A DNA stretch of 64,000 nt from an uncultured Dorea sp. (GTDB lineage Bacteria; Bacillota; Clostridia; Lachnospirales; Lachnospiraceae). The stretch lies in the NCBI GenBank assembly GCA_910589275.1, contig CAJUTH010000008.1, forward strand, positions 2,549 to 66,548. Reading direction: 5' to 3'. The notes beneath the pieces were generated by a model. It worked only from the letters and a program-made list of their open reading frames with translations, did not search any database and was not told the origin of the DNA. Positions 36,570 to 45,587 of this stretch are shown here, one piece after another. The position numbers were made by a program, and so were the translations under genes. The stretch's first letter is position 1; every line of letters starts with the position of its first letter.

Positions 36570-39500
36570 AATAAAGGATATTCAGAAGGTACTTGTGATT
36601 GGATCCGGCCCGATCATCATTGGGCAGGCGGCGGAATTTGACTATGCGGGTACGCAGGCATGCCGCTCTTTGAAGGAAGAAGGGGTGGAGGTGGTACTGT
36701 TAAATTCCAACCCCGCGACGATTATGACGGACAAGGATATTGCAGACCGGGTTTATATCGAGCCTTTGACGGTGGAAGTGGTGGAACAGCTAATATTAAA
36801 GGAACAGCCGGACAGCATCCTGCCGACTCTAGGGGGACAGGCCGGTTTGAATCTGGCGATGGAGCTTGAGGAAAATGGATTTTTGCGGGAACATCATGTG
36901 CGGCTGATCGGAACCACCTCCGAAACGATTAAAAAAGCAGAGGACCGTCTGGAATTTAAAGCGACGATGGAGAAGATCGGAGAGCCCTGCGCGGCTTCCC
37001 TTGTAGTCGAGAATGTAGAGGACGGTATCCAGTTTGCGGAGAGTATCGGATATCCGGTGGTTTTGCGCCCGGCCTATACCCTTGGCGGCAGCGGCGGCGG
37101 AATTGCGAATAACCGCAGGCAGTTAGTGGAGATCTTAGAGAATGGTCTCAGACTTTCCAGAGTGGGGCAGGTTCTGGTAGAGCGCTGTATTGCCGGCTGG
37201 AAAGAAATTGAGTATGAGGTAATGCGGGACGGCAGCGGTAACTGTATTACCGTATGTAATATGGAAAATATTGATCCGGTGGGCGTGCACACGGGAGACA
37301 GTATCGTTGTGGCCCCTTCCCAGACATTAGGGGATAAGGAGTACCAGATGCTCCGCACCTCGGCGCTTAACATTATCAGCGAGCTGAATATCACCGGAGG
37401 GTGCAACGTGCAGTACGCCCTGCATCCGGATACCTTTGAATACTGTGTCATTGAGGTGAATCCAAGAGTGAGCCGTTCTTCCGCTCTTGCGTCCAAGGCC
37501 ACCGGATACCCGATCGCTAAGGTGGCGGCAAAGATTGCCCTTGGCTATACGCTGGATGAAATTCAGAATGCGGTGACAAAGAAGACCTATGCAAGCTTTG
37601 AGCCGATGCTGGATTACTGTGTAGTAAAGATTCCCAGACTGCCTTTTGATAAATTTATCAGTGCGAAGCGGACATTGACGACCCAGATGAAGGCCACTGG
37701 AGAGGTCATGAGTATCTGCGACAATTTTGAGGGGGCGCTGATGAAGGCCATCCGTTCGCTGGAGCAGCATGTGGACAGCCTGATGTCTTACGACTATTCT
37801 TATCTCACTGGAGAAGAGTTGCTAGAAGTGTTAAAGGTGGTGGATGACCGCAGGATCTGGAAGATCGCGGAGGCCATCCGTCAGGGGATCAGTATGGAAG
37901 AGATTCATGAGGTGACCAGAATTGACAAATGGTTCATTGACAAGATCGCCCGTCTGGTGGAGTTAGAGACAAGGATGAAGCGCAGTCCGCTGGATGAGGA
38001 ACTTTTAAAAGAAGCCAAGCGGATGGAATTTCCGGATCATGTGATTGCGAAGATTACTGGGCATACGGAGCGGGAAATCCATGACATGCGCCACCAGTAC
38101 GGAATTACCGCCGCTTATAAGATGGTAGATACCTGCGCCGCGGAATTTGCGGCGGAGACGCCTTACTATTATTCCGTATTCGGAAGCGAGAATGAAGTAG
38201 AAGAGACGAAAGAACGGAAGAAGGTTCTGGTACTTGGCTCTGGCCCGATCCGGATTGGACAGGGGATTGAATTTGACTTTTGTTCGGTACACTGTACCTG
38301 GGCATTTTCAAAGGAAGGCTATGAGACGATTATTGTAAATAACAATCCGGAAACGGTCAGCACGGATTTTGACATTGCAGATAAGCTGTATTTCGAACCG
38401 TTAACCCCGGAGGATGTGGAGAGCATTGTAGATCTGGAGAAGCCGGACGGGGCGGTAGTGCAGTTTGGCGGCCAGACGGCCATTAAGCTTACGGAAGCGT
38501 TGATGAAGATGGGCGTTCCGATTCTTGGAACCTCGGCGGAGAATGTAGACGCAGCCGAGGACAGGGAGTTATTTGACGAGATATTAGAGAAATGCCAGAT
38601 TCCAAGGCCTACCGGAGGAACTGTATATACGGCGGAGGAAGCGAAAGAAGTGGCCGGGAGGCTTGGTTATCCGGTACTGGTAAGACCCTCTTACGTGCTT
38701 GGCGGACAGGGGATGCAGATTGCCATCAACGATCATGACATCGACGAATTTATCGGAATCATCAACCGGATTGCACAGGATCATCCGATTCTGGTGGACA
38801 AGTATCTTCAAGGCAAAGAGATTGAGGTGGACGCGGTCTGCGACGGAACGGATATCCTGATTCCGGGAATTATGGAACATATCGAGCGGGCGGGAATCCA
38901 CTCCGGAGACAGTATTTCCGTGTATCCTGCGAAGAGTATCAGCGAGAAGACGAAGCGGATCATTGAGGACTATACAAGAAAGCTTGCGAAATCCCTCCAT
39001 GTGATCGGGCTGATCAATATTCAGTTTATCGTATGCGGAGAGGATGTGTATGTAATTGAAGTTAACCCAAGGTCCAGCCGTACCGTTCCTTATATCAGTA
39101 AGGTGACCGGGATCCCTATTGTGCCGCTGGCTTCTAAAGTGATCATCGGCCATACGATCCGGGAGCTTGGCTATACGCCGGGGCTGCAGCCGGAGGCGGA
39201 TTATTTTGCTGTTAAGATGCCGGTATTTTCCTTCGAGAAGATCCGGGACGCAGATATCAGCTTAGGACCTGAGATGAAATCCACAGGAGAGTGTTTAGGG
39301 ATAGCAAAAACCTTTGACGAAGCGCTGTATAAGGCGTTCTTAGGCGCCGGGATTAAGCTTCCGAAGCATAATAATATGATTATTACCGTCAGGGACGAGG
39401 ACAAGAAGGATATTGTGGATATCGGGCGCCGGTTCTCCCAGATCGGGTATAAGATTTTTGCCACCCGGGGAACGGCGGAGGCATTAAGAAACGGCGGAGT

Positions 39501-39759
39501 AAAGGCTATCGCGGTCAATAAGATTGAACAGGAGTCGCCGAATCTGATGGATCTGATCTTAGGACATAAGATTGATCTGGTTATCGATACGCCGCCTCAG
39601 GGAGCGGAGCGTGCAAAGGACGGCTTTGTGATCCGAAGAAGCGCTATTGAGACCGGGGTGAATGTGCTGACAGCCATTGACACGGCGCAGGCGCTGATTA
39701 CCAGTCTGGAGAATACGGATATCAAGAAATTAACGCTGATCGATATTGCGAAAATTTAA
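36562..39759 (+). CDS. carB: Carbamoyl-phosphate synthase large subunit
   Basis: GSGPIIIGQAAEFDY, duplicated ATP-grasp halves and a C-terminal MGS domain. Confidence 0.98.
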   Translation: MPKIKDIQKVLVIGSGPIIIGQAAEFDYAGTQACRSLKEEGVEVVLLNSNPATIMTDKDIADRVYIEPLTVEVVEQLILKEQPDSILPTLGGQAGLNLAMELEENGFLREHHVRLIGTTSETIKKAEDRLEFKATMEKIGEPCAASLVVENVEDGIQFAESIGYPVVLRPAYTLGGSGGGIANNRRQLVEILENGLRLSRVGQVLVERCIAGWKEIEYEVMRDGSGNCITVCNMENIDPVGVHTGDSIVVAPSQTLGDKEYQMLRTSALNIISELNITGGCNVQYALHPDTFEYCVIEVNPRVSRSSALASKATGYPIAKVAAKIALGYTLDEIQNAVTKKTYASFEPMLDYCVVKIPRLPFDKFISAKRTLTTQMKATGEVMSICDNFEGALMKAIRSLEQHVDSLMSYDYSYLTGEELLEVLKVVDDRRIWKIAEAIRQGISMEEIHEVTRIDKWFIDKIARLVELETRMKRSPLDEELLKEAKRMEFPDHVIAKITGHTEREIHDMRHQYGITAAYKMVDTCAAEFAAETPYYYSVFGSENEVEETKERKKVLVLGSGPIRIGQGIEFDFCSVHCTWAFSKEGYETIIVNNNPETVSTDFDIADKLYFEPLTPEDVESIVDLEKPDGAVVQFGGQTAIKLTEALMKMGVPILGTSAENVDAAEDRELFDEILEKCQIPRPTGGTVYTAEEAKEVAGRLGYPVLVRPSYVLGGQGMQIAINDHDIDEFIGIINRIAQDHPILVDKYLQGKEIEVDAVCDGTDILIPGIMEHIERAGIHSGDSISVYPAKSISEKTKRIIEDYTRKLAKSLHVIGLINIQFIVCGEDVYVIEVNPRSSRTVPYISKVTGIPIVPLASKVIIGHTIRELGYTPGLQPEADYFAVKMPVFSFEKIRDADISLGPEMKSTGECLGIAKTFDEALYKAFLGAGIKLPKHNNMIITVRDEDKKDIVDIGRRFSQIGYKIFATRGTAEALRNGGVKAIAVNKIEQESPNLMDLILGHKIDLVIDTPPQGAERAKDGFVIRRSAIETGVNVLTAIDTAQALITSLENTDIKKLTLIDIAKI

Positions 39760-39891
39760 GCGAAACATCTGGCGGCTGCAATAAAAAGACGGTCTGCGGG
39801 CCAGTAGACTGCCGGAAAGATTTAACAGGACTGGAAAATAGTTATAATTGAATTTCATAGAGATGCATGATATGATGCCCTCAGTACAAAA

Positions 39892-39908
39892 TGTAACAAT
39901 TTTGTAAT
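39892..39908 (+). promoter_or_regulatory. WalR-type direct repeat
   Basis: TGTAAC-N5-TGTAAT matches TGTWAH-N5-TGTWAH, upstream of a cell wall hydrolase. Confidence 0.5.
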
Positions 39909-39984
39909 AATTGTAATAAAGTTGAAAAAAATGAGTATACTTTATTAACAATACAAACTATGTATATAGGAGGGCATCATTTTT

Positions 39985-40692
39985 ATGTTGAAATACAAAT
40001 TTAATTTGAAAAACGGAATAGCAAAGGCGCGAATGTGCATGGCCGCCTGTGTTGCCGTATCTACCCTGACGTTAGGATTTACCAGCCGGGCGGCGGCTAT
40101 GCCGGAGGAAATGCTTCCGGAAGCATCCTTTACTTATGGAGGAGCCGTTTTTGTAAATAATATTGTGGCGGAGATTAACAATAAATCTGTCAATATTAGA
40201 TTTAAGGCGGCTGAAGGCGTAGAAGAAGTTTTGGCGGAAGCGACCATAAAGGCAGAAGAATTAGAGGCAGAGAGACAGAGAGAGGAAGCTGAAAAAGCGG
40301 AGGCTGAAAGAAAAGCGGCCGAGGCAAGGCAGGCAGCAGGAAGTGTATCTTCTTCCGTAGGAAACTATGACAAAGAACTTTTGGCTTCTATTATTTTCTG
40401 TGAAGCGGGAAATCAGTCCTTTGAGGGTCAGGTTGCGGTAGGCGCAGTCATCATGAACCGGATTGCAAGCGGCGCGTATCCTAATACGATAGAGGGAGTG
40501 GTTTACCAGCCGGGACAGTTTGGGCCGGCAGGAAGCGGATGGCTTGACCAGATTCGTGGTACGGCGGGCTATAGTGCGTCTGCCATGCAGGCAGCGGAGG
40601 CCGCCCTTGCGGGACAGAATCCAATCGGAGGGTGTTTATACTTTGATCAAGGCGGTTACGGAATGCAGATTGGAGCTCACTTTTTCCACTAA
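39985..40692 (+). CDS. Cell wall hydrolase (Hydrolase_2, SleB/CwlJ-like domain), secreted
   Basis: Signal-like N-terminus, charged coiled linker, IIFCEAG...VAVGAVIMNR...YPNTIEGVVYQPGQF. Confidence 0.88.
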   Translation: MLKYKFNLKNGIAKARMCMAACVAVSTLTLGFTSRAAAMPEEMLPEASFTYGGAVFVNNIVAEINNKSVNIRFKAAEGVEEVLAEATIKAEELEAERQREEAEKAEAERKAAEARQAAGSVSSSVGNYDKELLASIIFCEAGNQSFEGQVAVGAVIMNRIASGAYPNTIEGVVYQPGQFGPAGSGWLDQIRGTAGYSASAMQAAEAALAGQNPIGGCLYFDQGGYGMQIGAHFFH

Positions 40693-40697
40693 AATAT

Positions 40698-40752
40698 TAG
40701 GCAGATAGATGGCAGATGTCTGAATTTTGGATATCTGCCATCTATTTGTCTA
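40698..40752 (+). terminator. Long hairpin after the hydrolase gene
   Basis: TAGGCAGATAGATGGCAGATGTC.../...GATATCTGCCATCTATTTGTCTA stem with G:U pairs. Confidence 0.65.
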
Positions 40753-40815
40753 TTGCCTGAAAATAGCGGGTTTCTTACAATGTAAGCATATTAACAGACA
40801 TGAAGTCCGTTAAGT

Positions 40816-40850
40816 ATACCTTATTGAACGTTAGCAGTTCAATAAGTATA
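40816..40850. repeat. 35-bp palindromic repeat, copy 1
   Basis: ATACCTTATTGAACGTTAGCAGTTCAATAAGTATA, identical to 44213-44247. Confidence 0.9.
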
Positions 40851-40887
40851 AGATACTACATACAAAAGAAATTCGCATAAGGGGGCA

Positions 40888-42228
40888 GTGAACATGGATG
40901 TATCAGCAACAATGAAAAAATTTGGTTTGGAAGCGGCCTTTAAATATCTGCAGAGGGATCCGGAAAGAAATCTTCTTAGGCTGATGGATTGGGCCGACCG
41001 GTTTGCCGGAGATGAATTTGTATCCCAGCGGAAAATGATCCGGGATGCAATGACGGATCCGGAACATCCCTATTATGGTTATGTCAGACATATTATTCAT
41101 GATCTTGACACAAATGTAATGGAGACGGTGGCAGTTAATTTCTTTATTAATGCGGCGTTGACAGGCTGGCCGGTACAAGAAAGAAATCGTGAAAAATATA
41201 GGTGTAATATCCCGTGGACAATTCTTCTTGATCCTACCAGTTCCTGTAATTTGCATTGTACCGGCTGCTGGGCGGCAGAATACGGCAATAAACTGAATCT
41301 GACTTATGAAGAGATTGACGACATTATAAGACAGGGAAAGGAACTGGGCATCTATTTTTACATATATACCGGAGGCGAGCCCCTGGTTCGCAAGAAAGAT
41401 ATTATACGGTTGTGTGAAAAACATTCGGATTGCGTATTTTTATGTTTCACTAACGCTACGCTGATCGATGAAGAATTTGCAGATGAAATGCTTCGGGTAG
41501 GGAATTTTGTTCCGGCAGTTTCTCTGGAAGGTTTTGAGGCGGCGACAGACGGACGGCGTGGGAAAGGCGTATACAACAAAGTAATGGAGGCGCTTGAGCT
41601 TTTGAGACGAAAGAAATTATTATTTGGCATTTCTGCCTGCTATACCAGCGCAAATTTTGATTCTATTACTTCGGAAGAATTTTTTGACAGCTTGATAGAA
41701 CTGGGGGCGTATTTTATCTGGTATTTTCATTATATGCCGGTTGGAAATGACGCATCGCCGGAGCTGATGCCGACGCCGGAACAGCGTACGGAGACTTATT
41801 ACCGGATTCGGAAATACCGGGCAGAAAAGCCTTTGTTTGCGATGGACTTTCAGAATGATGCGGAATATGTAGGCGGCTGCATTGCAGGCGGACGGAGATA
41901 TTTTCATATCAATGCAAATGGTGATATAGACCCGTGCGTATTTGTTCATTATTCGGATTCTAATATTCGGGAAAAGACAATACTGGAAGCACTGCAGTCC
42001 CCGATGATGATGGCATATCATGATGGACAGCCGTTTAACGAAAATATGCTTCAGCCATGTCCGATGCTGGAAAACCCTCAGAAGCTTAGGAAAATGGTCA
42101 CAAATGCCGGAGCGAAATCCACAGATCTTCAGTCTCCGGAAACAGTGGAACATTTGTGTGCAAAATGCGACAGGTACGCCAGAGAATGGGAGCCTGCCGC
42201 ACAAAAATTATGGAATGCAGACAGATAA
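40888..42228 (+). CDS. Radical SAM protein with C-terminal SPASM/twitch-like domain
   Basis: CNLHCTGC, GGEP, GCIAGG...NGDIDPC and additional C-terminal cysteines. Confidence 0.9.
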   Translation: MNMDVSATMKKFGLEAAFKYLQRDPERNLLRLMDWADRFAGDEFVSQRKMIRDAMTDPEHPYYGYVRHIIHDLDTNVMETVAVNFFINAALTGWPVQERNREKYRCNIPWTILLDPTSSCNLHCTGCWAAEYGNKLNLTYEEIDDIIRQGKELGIYFYIYTGGEPLVRKKDIIRLCEKHSDCVFLCFTNATLIDEEFADEMLRVGNFVPAVSLEGFEAATDGRRGKGVYNKVMEALELLRRKKLLFGISACYTSANFDSITSEEFFDSLIELGAYFIWYFHYMPVGNDASPELMPTPEQRTETYYRIRKYRAEKPLFAMDFQNDAEYVGGCIAGGRRYFHINANGDIDPCVFVHYSDSNIREKTILEALQSPMMMAYHDGQPFNENMLQPCPMLENPQKLRKMVTNAGAKSTDLQSPETVEHLCAKCDRYAREWEPAAQKLWNADR

Positions 42229-42239
42229 CAGTTAAGGGC

Positions 42240-42821
42240 TTATAACCCGGAGGACAGATTATTCTGTGTGGATAGAGGAATCTTAAAAAGCAGGTTTGAA
42301 TCAGGAAGCAATTCCGTGAGACGGATATAATTTCCAATAATATCATAACCCATACGCGCATTTAACCAATCCAAAGTGATGCCGACTAAAATACATTTAT
42401 AAAATCGGATCATGAGAGATTTGTCTTCTTCGCGTATGGGTTTGTCTGCGATTACAGCATCAATATATTGTGCAACGACATAAAAAGTAATCCGTTCCAA
42501 ATGTTCAATAAATGTTTCGCGTTGAACAGATTGATAAATATGGAGGACGGCTCTTTTGCGTTTGGCAGCATACTGAATAACCGGAATCAGGCAGTCTATA
42601 AGAGAGCCGTTTTCCAGATTACTGTAATTCTGAATGATATAATCGGCGTCTTTTTTTATCATGTACTCAAGGAGATCCGGAATATCATGAAAATGGTAAT
42701 AGAAGGTATTCCGATTGATCTGGCAGGAATTTACGATATCCTTTACAGTGATTTTACTATAGGGTTTTTCATCCAATAAATTCCAGAAAACATCAACAAT
42801 CGCGGATTTTGTACGGTTCAT
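42240..42821 (-). CDS. TetR/AcrR-family regulator (DhaS-like C-terminus)
   Basis: ITVKDIVNSCQINRNTFYYHF HTH. Confidence 0.88.
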   Translation of the reverse strand: MNRTKSAIVDVFWNLLDEKPYSKITVKDIVNSCQINRNTFYYHFHDIPDLLEYMIKKDADYIIQNYSNLENGSLIDCLIPVIQYAAKRKRAVLHIYQSVQRETFIEHLERITFYVVAQYIDAVIADKPIREEDKSLMIRFYKCILVGITLDWLNARMGYDIIGNYIRLTELLPDSNLLFKIPLSTQNNLSSGL

Positions 42822-43075
42822 TGTATCAACTCATTTCTCTAAAATCTCTGTGGTAAAATATTCTATGAATATATCATATAGGGTCGAATTTGTAAACAGG
42901 TTAGCCAAGGACTTATTTTGCAATGTATGAAAAAAATATGTACATTTGACGGATTTTGTTTTAATATATCATTGAGAGGCTAAATTGGCTGATATACTGA
43001 GGCGGAGCGGTGATCGGCTATTTGGCGGCAGTAGTAATGGGGAGATTTCACGTGATTTTTAATAAGGAGGAAACT

Positions 43076-43744
43076 ATGCCGGAAGAGAATATACATGAGG
43101 AAGAGCTAGAGCAGTCAGGGGAACAGGACGCAGAAAATAGGGAAGAAGAATCGGTTCACAGAGAAGAAGAGGGAAAACCAGAAGAATCGGTTCACAGAGA
43201 AGAAGAGGAAGAATCTAAATCGGAAGAATCAGTCCGCGGAGAGGAAGAAAAAGAGGGATTCGGAGAGGGTGAACCGTCTCTTGAGGAGCAGCAAAAAGAG
43301 CGTGTGGAGGTTATAGCATCGGAGGAAATAATTAATACGGAAGGGGCAGGTGCAAAAGAAATGTCAGAACAGGACTATGAAGCAGTTGAGGAGAGTACGA
43401 TAGAGCCGGAGCTTTTAGAGGAGGAGCCAAAAAAGAAAGGGTTTTTCCGCAGAAATAAAGAAGAAGCGTATTTTTTAAGAGATAAATGGATTCTGTCAAG
43501 AATCCGGGATGAGGATTTGATGAATTACCTTGTTCTGGAACAAAAGAGAAACGAGCAGCTTCAGAAAGCGAAGGATATCCGGGAAAAGAGGATGGTTTCC
43601 GCCTTTAAGCTGACGGTATCTCTTGCGGCCGGTGTGGCTGTAGTTTATTTGCTGAAAGATAATCCTACGATTTTTGTTAATATTCTGTACATAGGCGGGA
43701 TTCTCGGCGGCTTCTGGTTTTGGAAGAACCCACGGGAAAAATAA
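43076..43744 (+). CDS. Hypothetical membrane protein with long acidic N-terminal region
   Basis: AAGGAGG RBS before ATG 43076; Glu-rich repeats; two C-terminal hydrophobic helices. Confidence 0.8.
   Translation: MPEENIHEEELEQSGEQDAENREEESVHREEEGKPEESVHREEEEESKSEESVRGEEEKEGFGEGEPSLEEQQKERVEVIASEEIINTEGAGAKEMSEQDYEAVEESTIEPELLEEEPKKKGFFRRNKEEAYFLRDKWILSRIRDEDLMNYLVLEQKRNEQLQKAKDIREKRMVSAFKLTVSLAAGVAVVYLLKDNPTIFVNILYIGGILGGFWFWKNPREK
43145..43208 (+). repeat. Intragenic tandem repeat (EESVHREEE)
   Basis: GAAGAATCGGTTCACAGAGAAGAAGAGG at 43145 and 43181 (36-bp period); a degenerate third copy follows. Confidence 0.8.
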
Positions 43745-43855
43745 TGATTCGTTGCGGCAGGGTGGGAATTGTGATACAATATTTTCATAAGCCGTGATTA
43801 TCATTAGGATAAAACAACGCGGTATACGATGAGTATTTATAAGGAGGATTCTATC

Positions 43856-44206
43856 ATGTTGAAAAGTGTGGCAAGTGAGAGAGTGAAGACGGATGTGGAG
43901 CATGTAAACGGGGGAGCGGGCTATATTACGAGGGAGGAGCTCATTACCCCTGAGCAGCGCGGAGAACACTGTAGGATGTTTAACCGCATTACCTTGAAGC
44001 CCAATTGTGAGATCGGCCATCATGAGCATCATGGGGAAGCAGAGGCTTATTACATTCTGGAGGGTAATGGAATGTATGAAGAAGACGGGCAGGCGGTTGC
44101 AGTAGAGGCCGGGGACGTTACATACTGCGGCGACGGTCATGGCCACGGTCTGAAGAATACAGGCGATACGGAACTGGCTATGATTGCTCTGATCTTAAAA
44201 AACTAA
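43856..44206 (+). CDS. Cupin domain protein
   Basis: GHHEHHGEAEAYYILEG and GHGHGLKN metal-binding motifs; AAGGAGG RBS. Confidence 0.9.
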   Translation: MLKSVASERVKTDVEHVNGGAGYITREELITPEQRGEHCRMFNRITLKPNCEIGHHEHHGEAEAYYILEGNGMYEEDGQAVAVEAGDVTYCGDGHGHGLKNTGDTELAMIALILKN

Positions 44207-44212
44207 ATATTC

Positions 44213-44247
44213 ATACCTTATTGAACGTTAGCAGTTCAATAAGTATA
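44213..44247. repeat. 35-bp palindromic repeat, copy 2
   Basis: Identical to 40816-40850, same orientation. Confidence 0.9.
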
Positions 44248-44263
44248 GATTTCTATAGAGAAA

Positions 44264-44311
44264 TTTCTAGTATAATATCTCCAAATTAATGGAAAGATGT
44301 TGTACTAGAAA
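44264..44311. repeat. Intergenic palindrome, CTAGTAC family
   Basis: TTTCTAGTATAATATCT...TTAAT...AGATGTTGTACTAGAAA. Confidence 0.6.
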
Positions 44312-44328
44312 TGTTACGGTGGATTGAG

Positions 44329-44364
44329 ACTGCGGCAGGAGATATATGCTCCTGCCGCGGTTTT
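44329..44364 (+). terminator. Intrinsic terminator
   Basis: ACTGCGGCAGGAG-ATATATG-CTCCTGCCGCGGT followed by TTT. Confidence 0.7.
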
Positions 44365-44385
44365 CGTCCGCTAAGAAATTATGTG

Positions 44386-45498
44386 TCAGGCAAGAAGTTC
44401 TTTTAGACATGCAAGCAGTCTTGTATTATCCTCCGGTTTCATGATGCAGAACCGGATGTATTCTCCGGGCAGTCCTTCGAAGGAGGAGCAGTCCCGTATC
44501 ATAAGTCCCTGTTTGACGGCGTGTTCAAATACGGTAAAGGAATCTAAGCCTTTCTTTGTAATTTTAATCAGGATGAAATTGCCGTAGGAAGGATATGTCT
44601 TTGCATAACGGAATCGCTGTAATGCCTGCAGGCACCGGTTGCGTTCAGATAGGATAAGCTGTCTGGTTTCTTCAATATAAGCGGTATCCTGAAGCATCAG
44701 CTCGCCGCCGTAGGCGCCTAGGCTGTTTAGGCTCCACGGATTCTGGTGCTGTTTTAGGGTCCGGAGAAATTCCTGATTGCTGGTGACGCCGTATCCCAGC
44801 CGCAGTCCCGGAGCAGCAAAGAACTTGGACACTCCCCGGATTACCATCAGATTGCCGTAATCCGGCACGAAGGGCATGGCGGTAATCTCGCTGATAGAGG
44901 GGGCAAATTCCACATAGGTCTCGTCAATCATTACGAATATATCCCGTTTCCGGCAGGCATCCAGCACGGCTTTTATTTCCCTCTGTTTTAACGCAGAGGA
45001 GGTAGGATTATTTGGATTGCAGAAAATCAGGAAATCGACATCACCCTCAAGGTTTCTTTTCAGATCCTCTATGTCCAGTTGAAAATCATGGGACTCGTTC
45101 AGGTAATAGTTGGAAATTCTTCCGCCGGTGAGGGACAGTTCCCTTTTATATTCCGAGTAGGTAGGGCCGATTACCAGTGCATGGCGTGCGTTCCTCTGAC
45201 CAATCAGCAGTGAAATCAATTCGGTGGAACCGTTTCCGGTTACAACGTAATCCATATCCACATTGCAGTATCCGGCAATTACTTTCCGGAGGCTTTTATA
45301 GTCGCGGTCCGGATAACGGGTAATGATATCGAGACTGCCGGCGAGTTTTTCACGTACAGAGTTAGACAGGCCGAGCGGATTTACGTTGGCGCCGAATTGA
45401 ATGATGCGCTCCTTCGGAATGTGGTAATATTGTTCGATTTGTTCAATATCGCTTCCGTGAAATTCAGGACGTTTTGGAAGATTCTTTTTATCTATCAT
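44386..45498 (-). CDS. Threonine-phosphate decarboxylase CobD / histidinol-phosphate aminotransferase family
   Basis: HGSD, FGANVNPLG, YPD, GNGSTELI, CNPNNPT and SKFFAAPGLRLGY. Confidence 0.8.
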   Translation of the reverse strand: MIDKKNLPKRPEFHGSDIEQIEQYYHIPKERIIQFGANVNPLGLSNSVREKLAGSLDIITRYPDRDYKSLRKVIAGYCNVDMDYVVTGNGSTELISLLIGQRNARHALVIGPTYSEYKRELSLTGGRISNYYLNESHDFQLDIEDLKRNLEGDVDFLIFCNPNNPTSSALKQREIKAVLDACRKRDIFVMIDETYVEFAPSISEITAMPFVPDYGNLMVIRGVSKFFAAPGLRLGYGVTSNQEFLRTLKQHQNPWSLNSLGAYGGELMLQDTAYIEETRQLILSERNRCLQALQRFRYAKTYPSYGNFILIKITKKGLDSFTVFEHAVKQGLMIRDCSSFEGLPGEYIRFCIMKPEDNTRLLACLKELLA

Positions 45499-45587
45499 AT
45501 AATTCTCCTATATTTTGTGCTTTGACCATTTACATACTTCATAGAATAATGCTATAATTTATTATAGTGTGTTCAAAATAAAATGCA

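Noticed and set aside
40816..44247. 35-bp repeat as a CRISPR repeat or integron attC
   Set aside because: Only two copies, 3.4 kb apart, with no spacers or cas genes. It is shorter than attC sites, lacks their R/L box layout, and no integrase is in the window.
45499..45587. Cobalamin riboswitch upstream of the CobD-like gene
   Set aside because: The spacer is 89 nt and AT-rich, too short for the riboswitch and without a B12 box.
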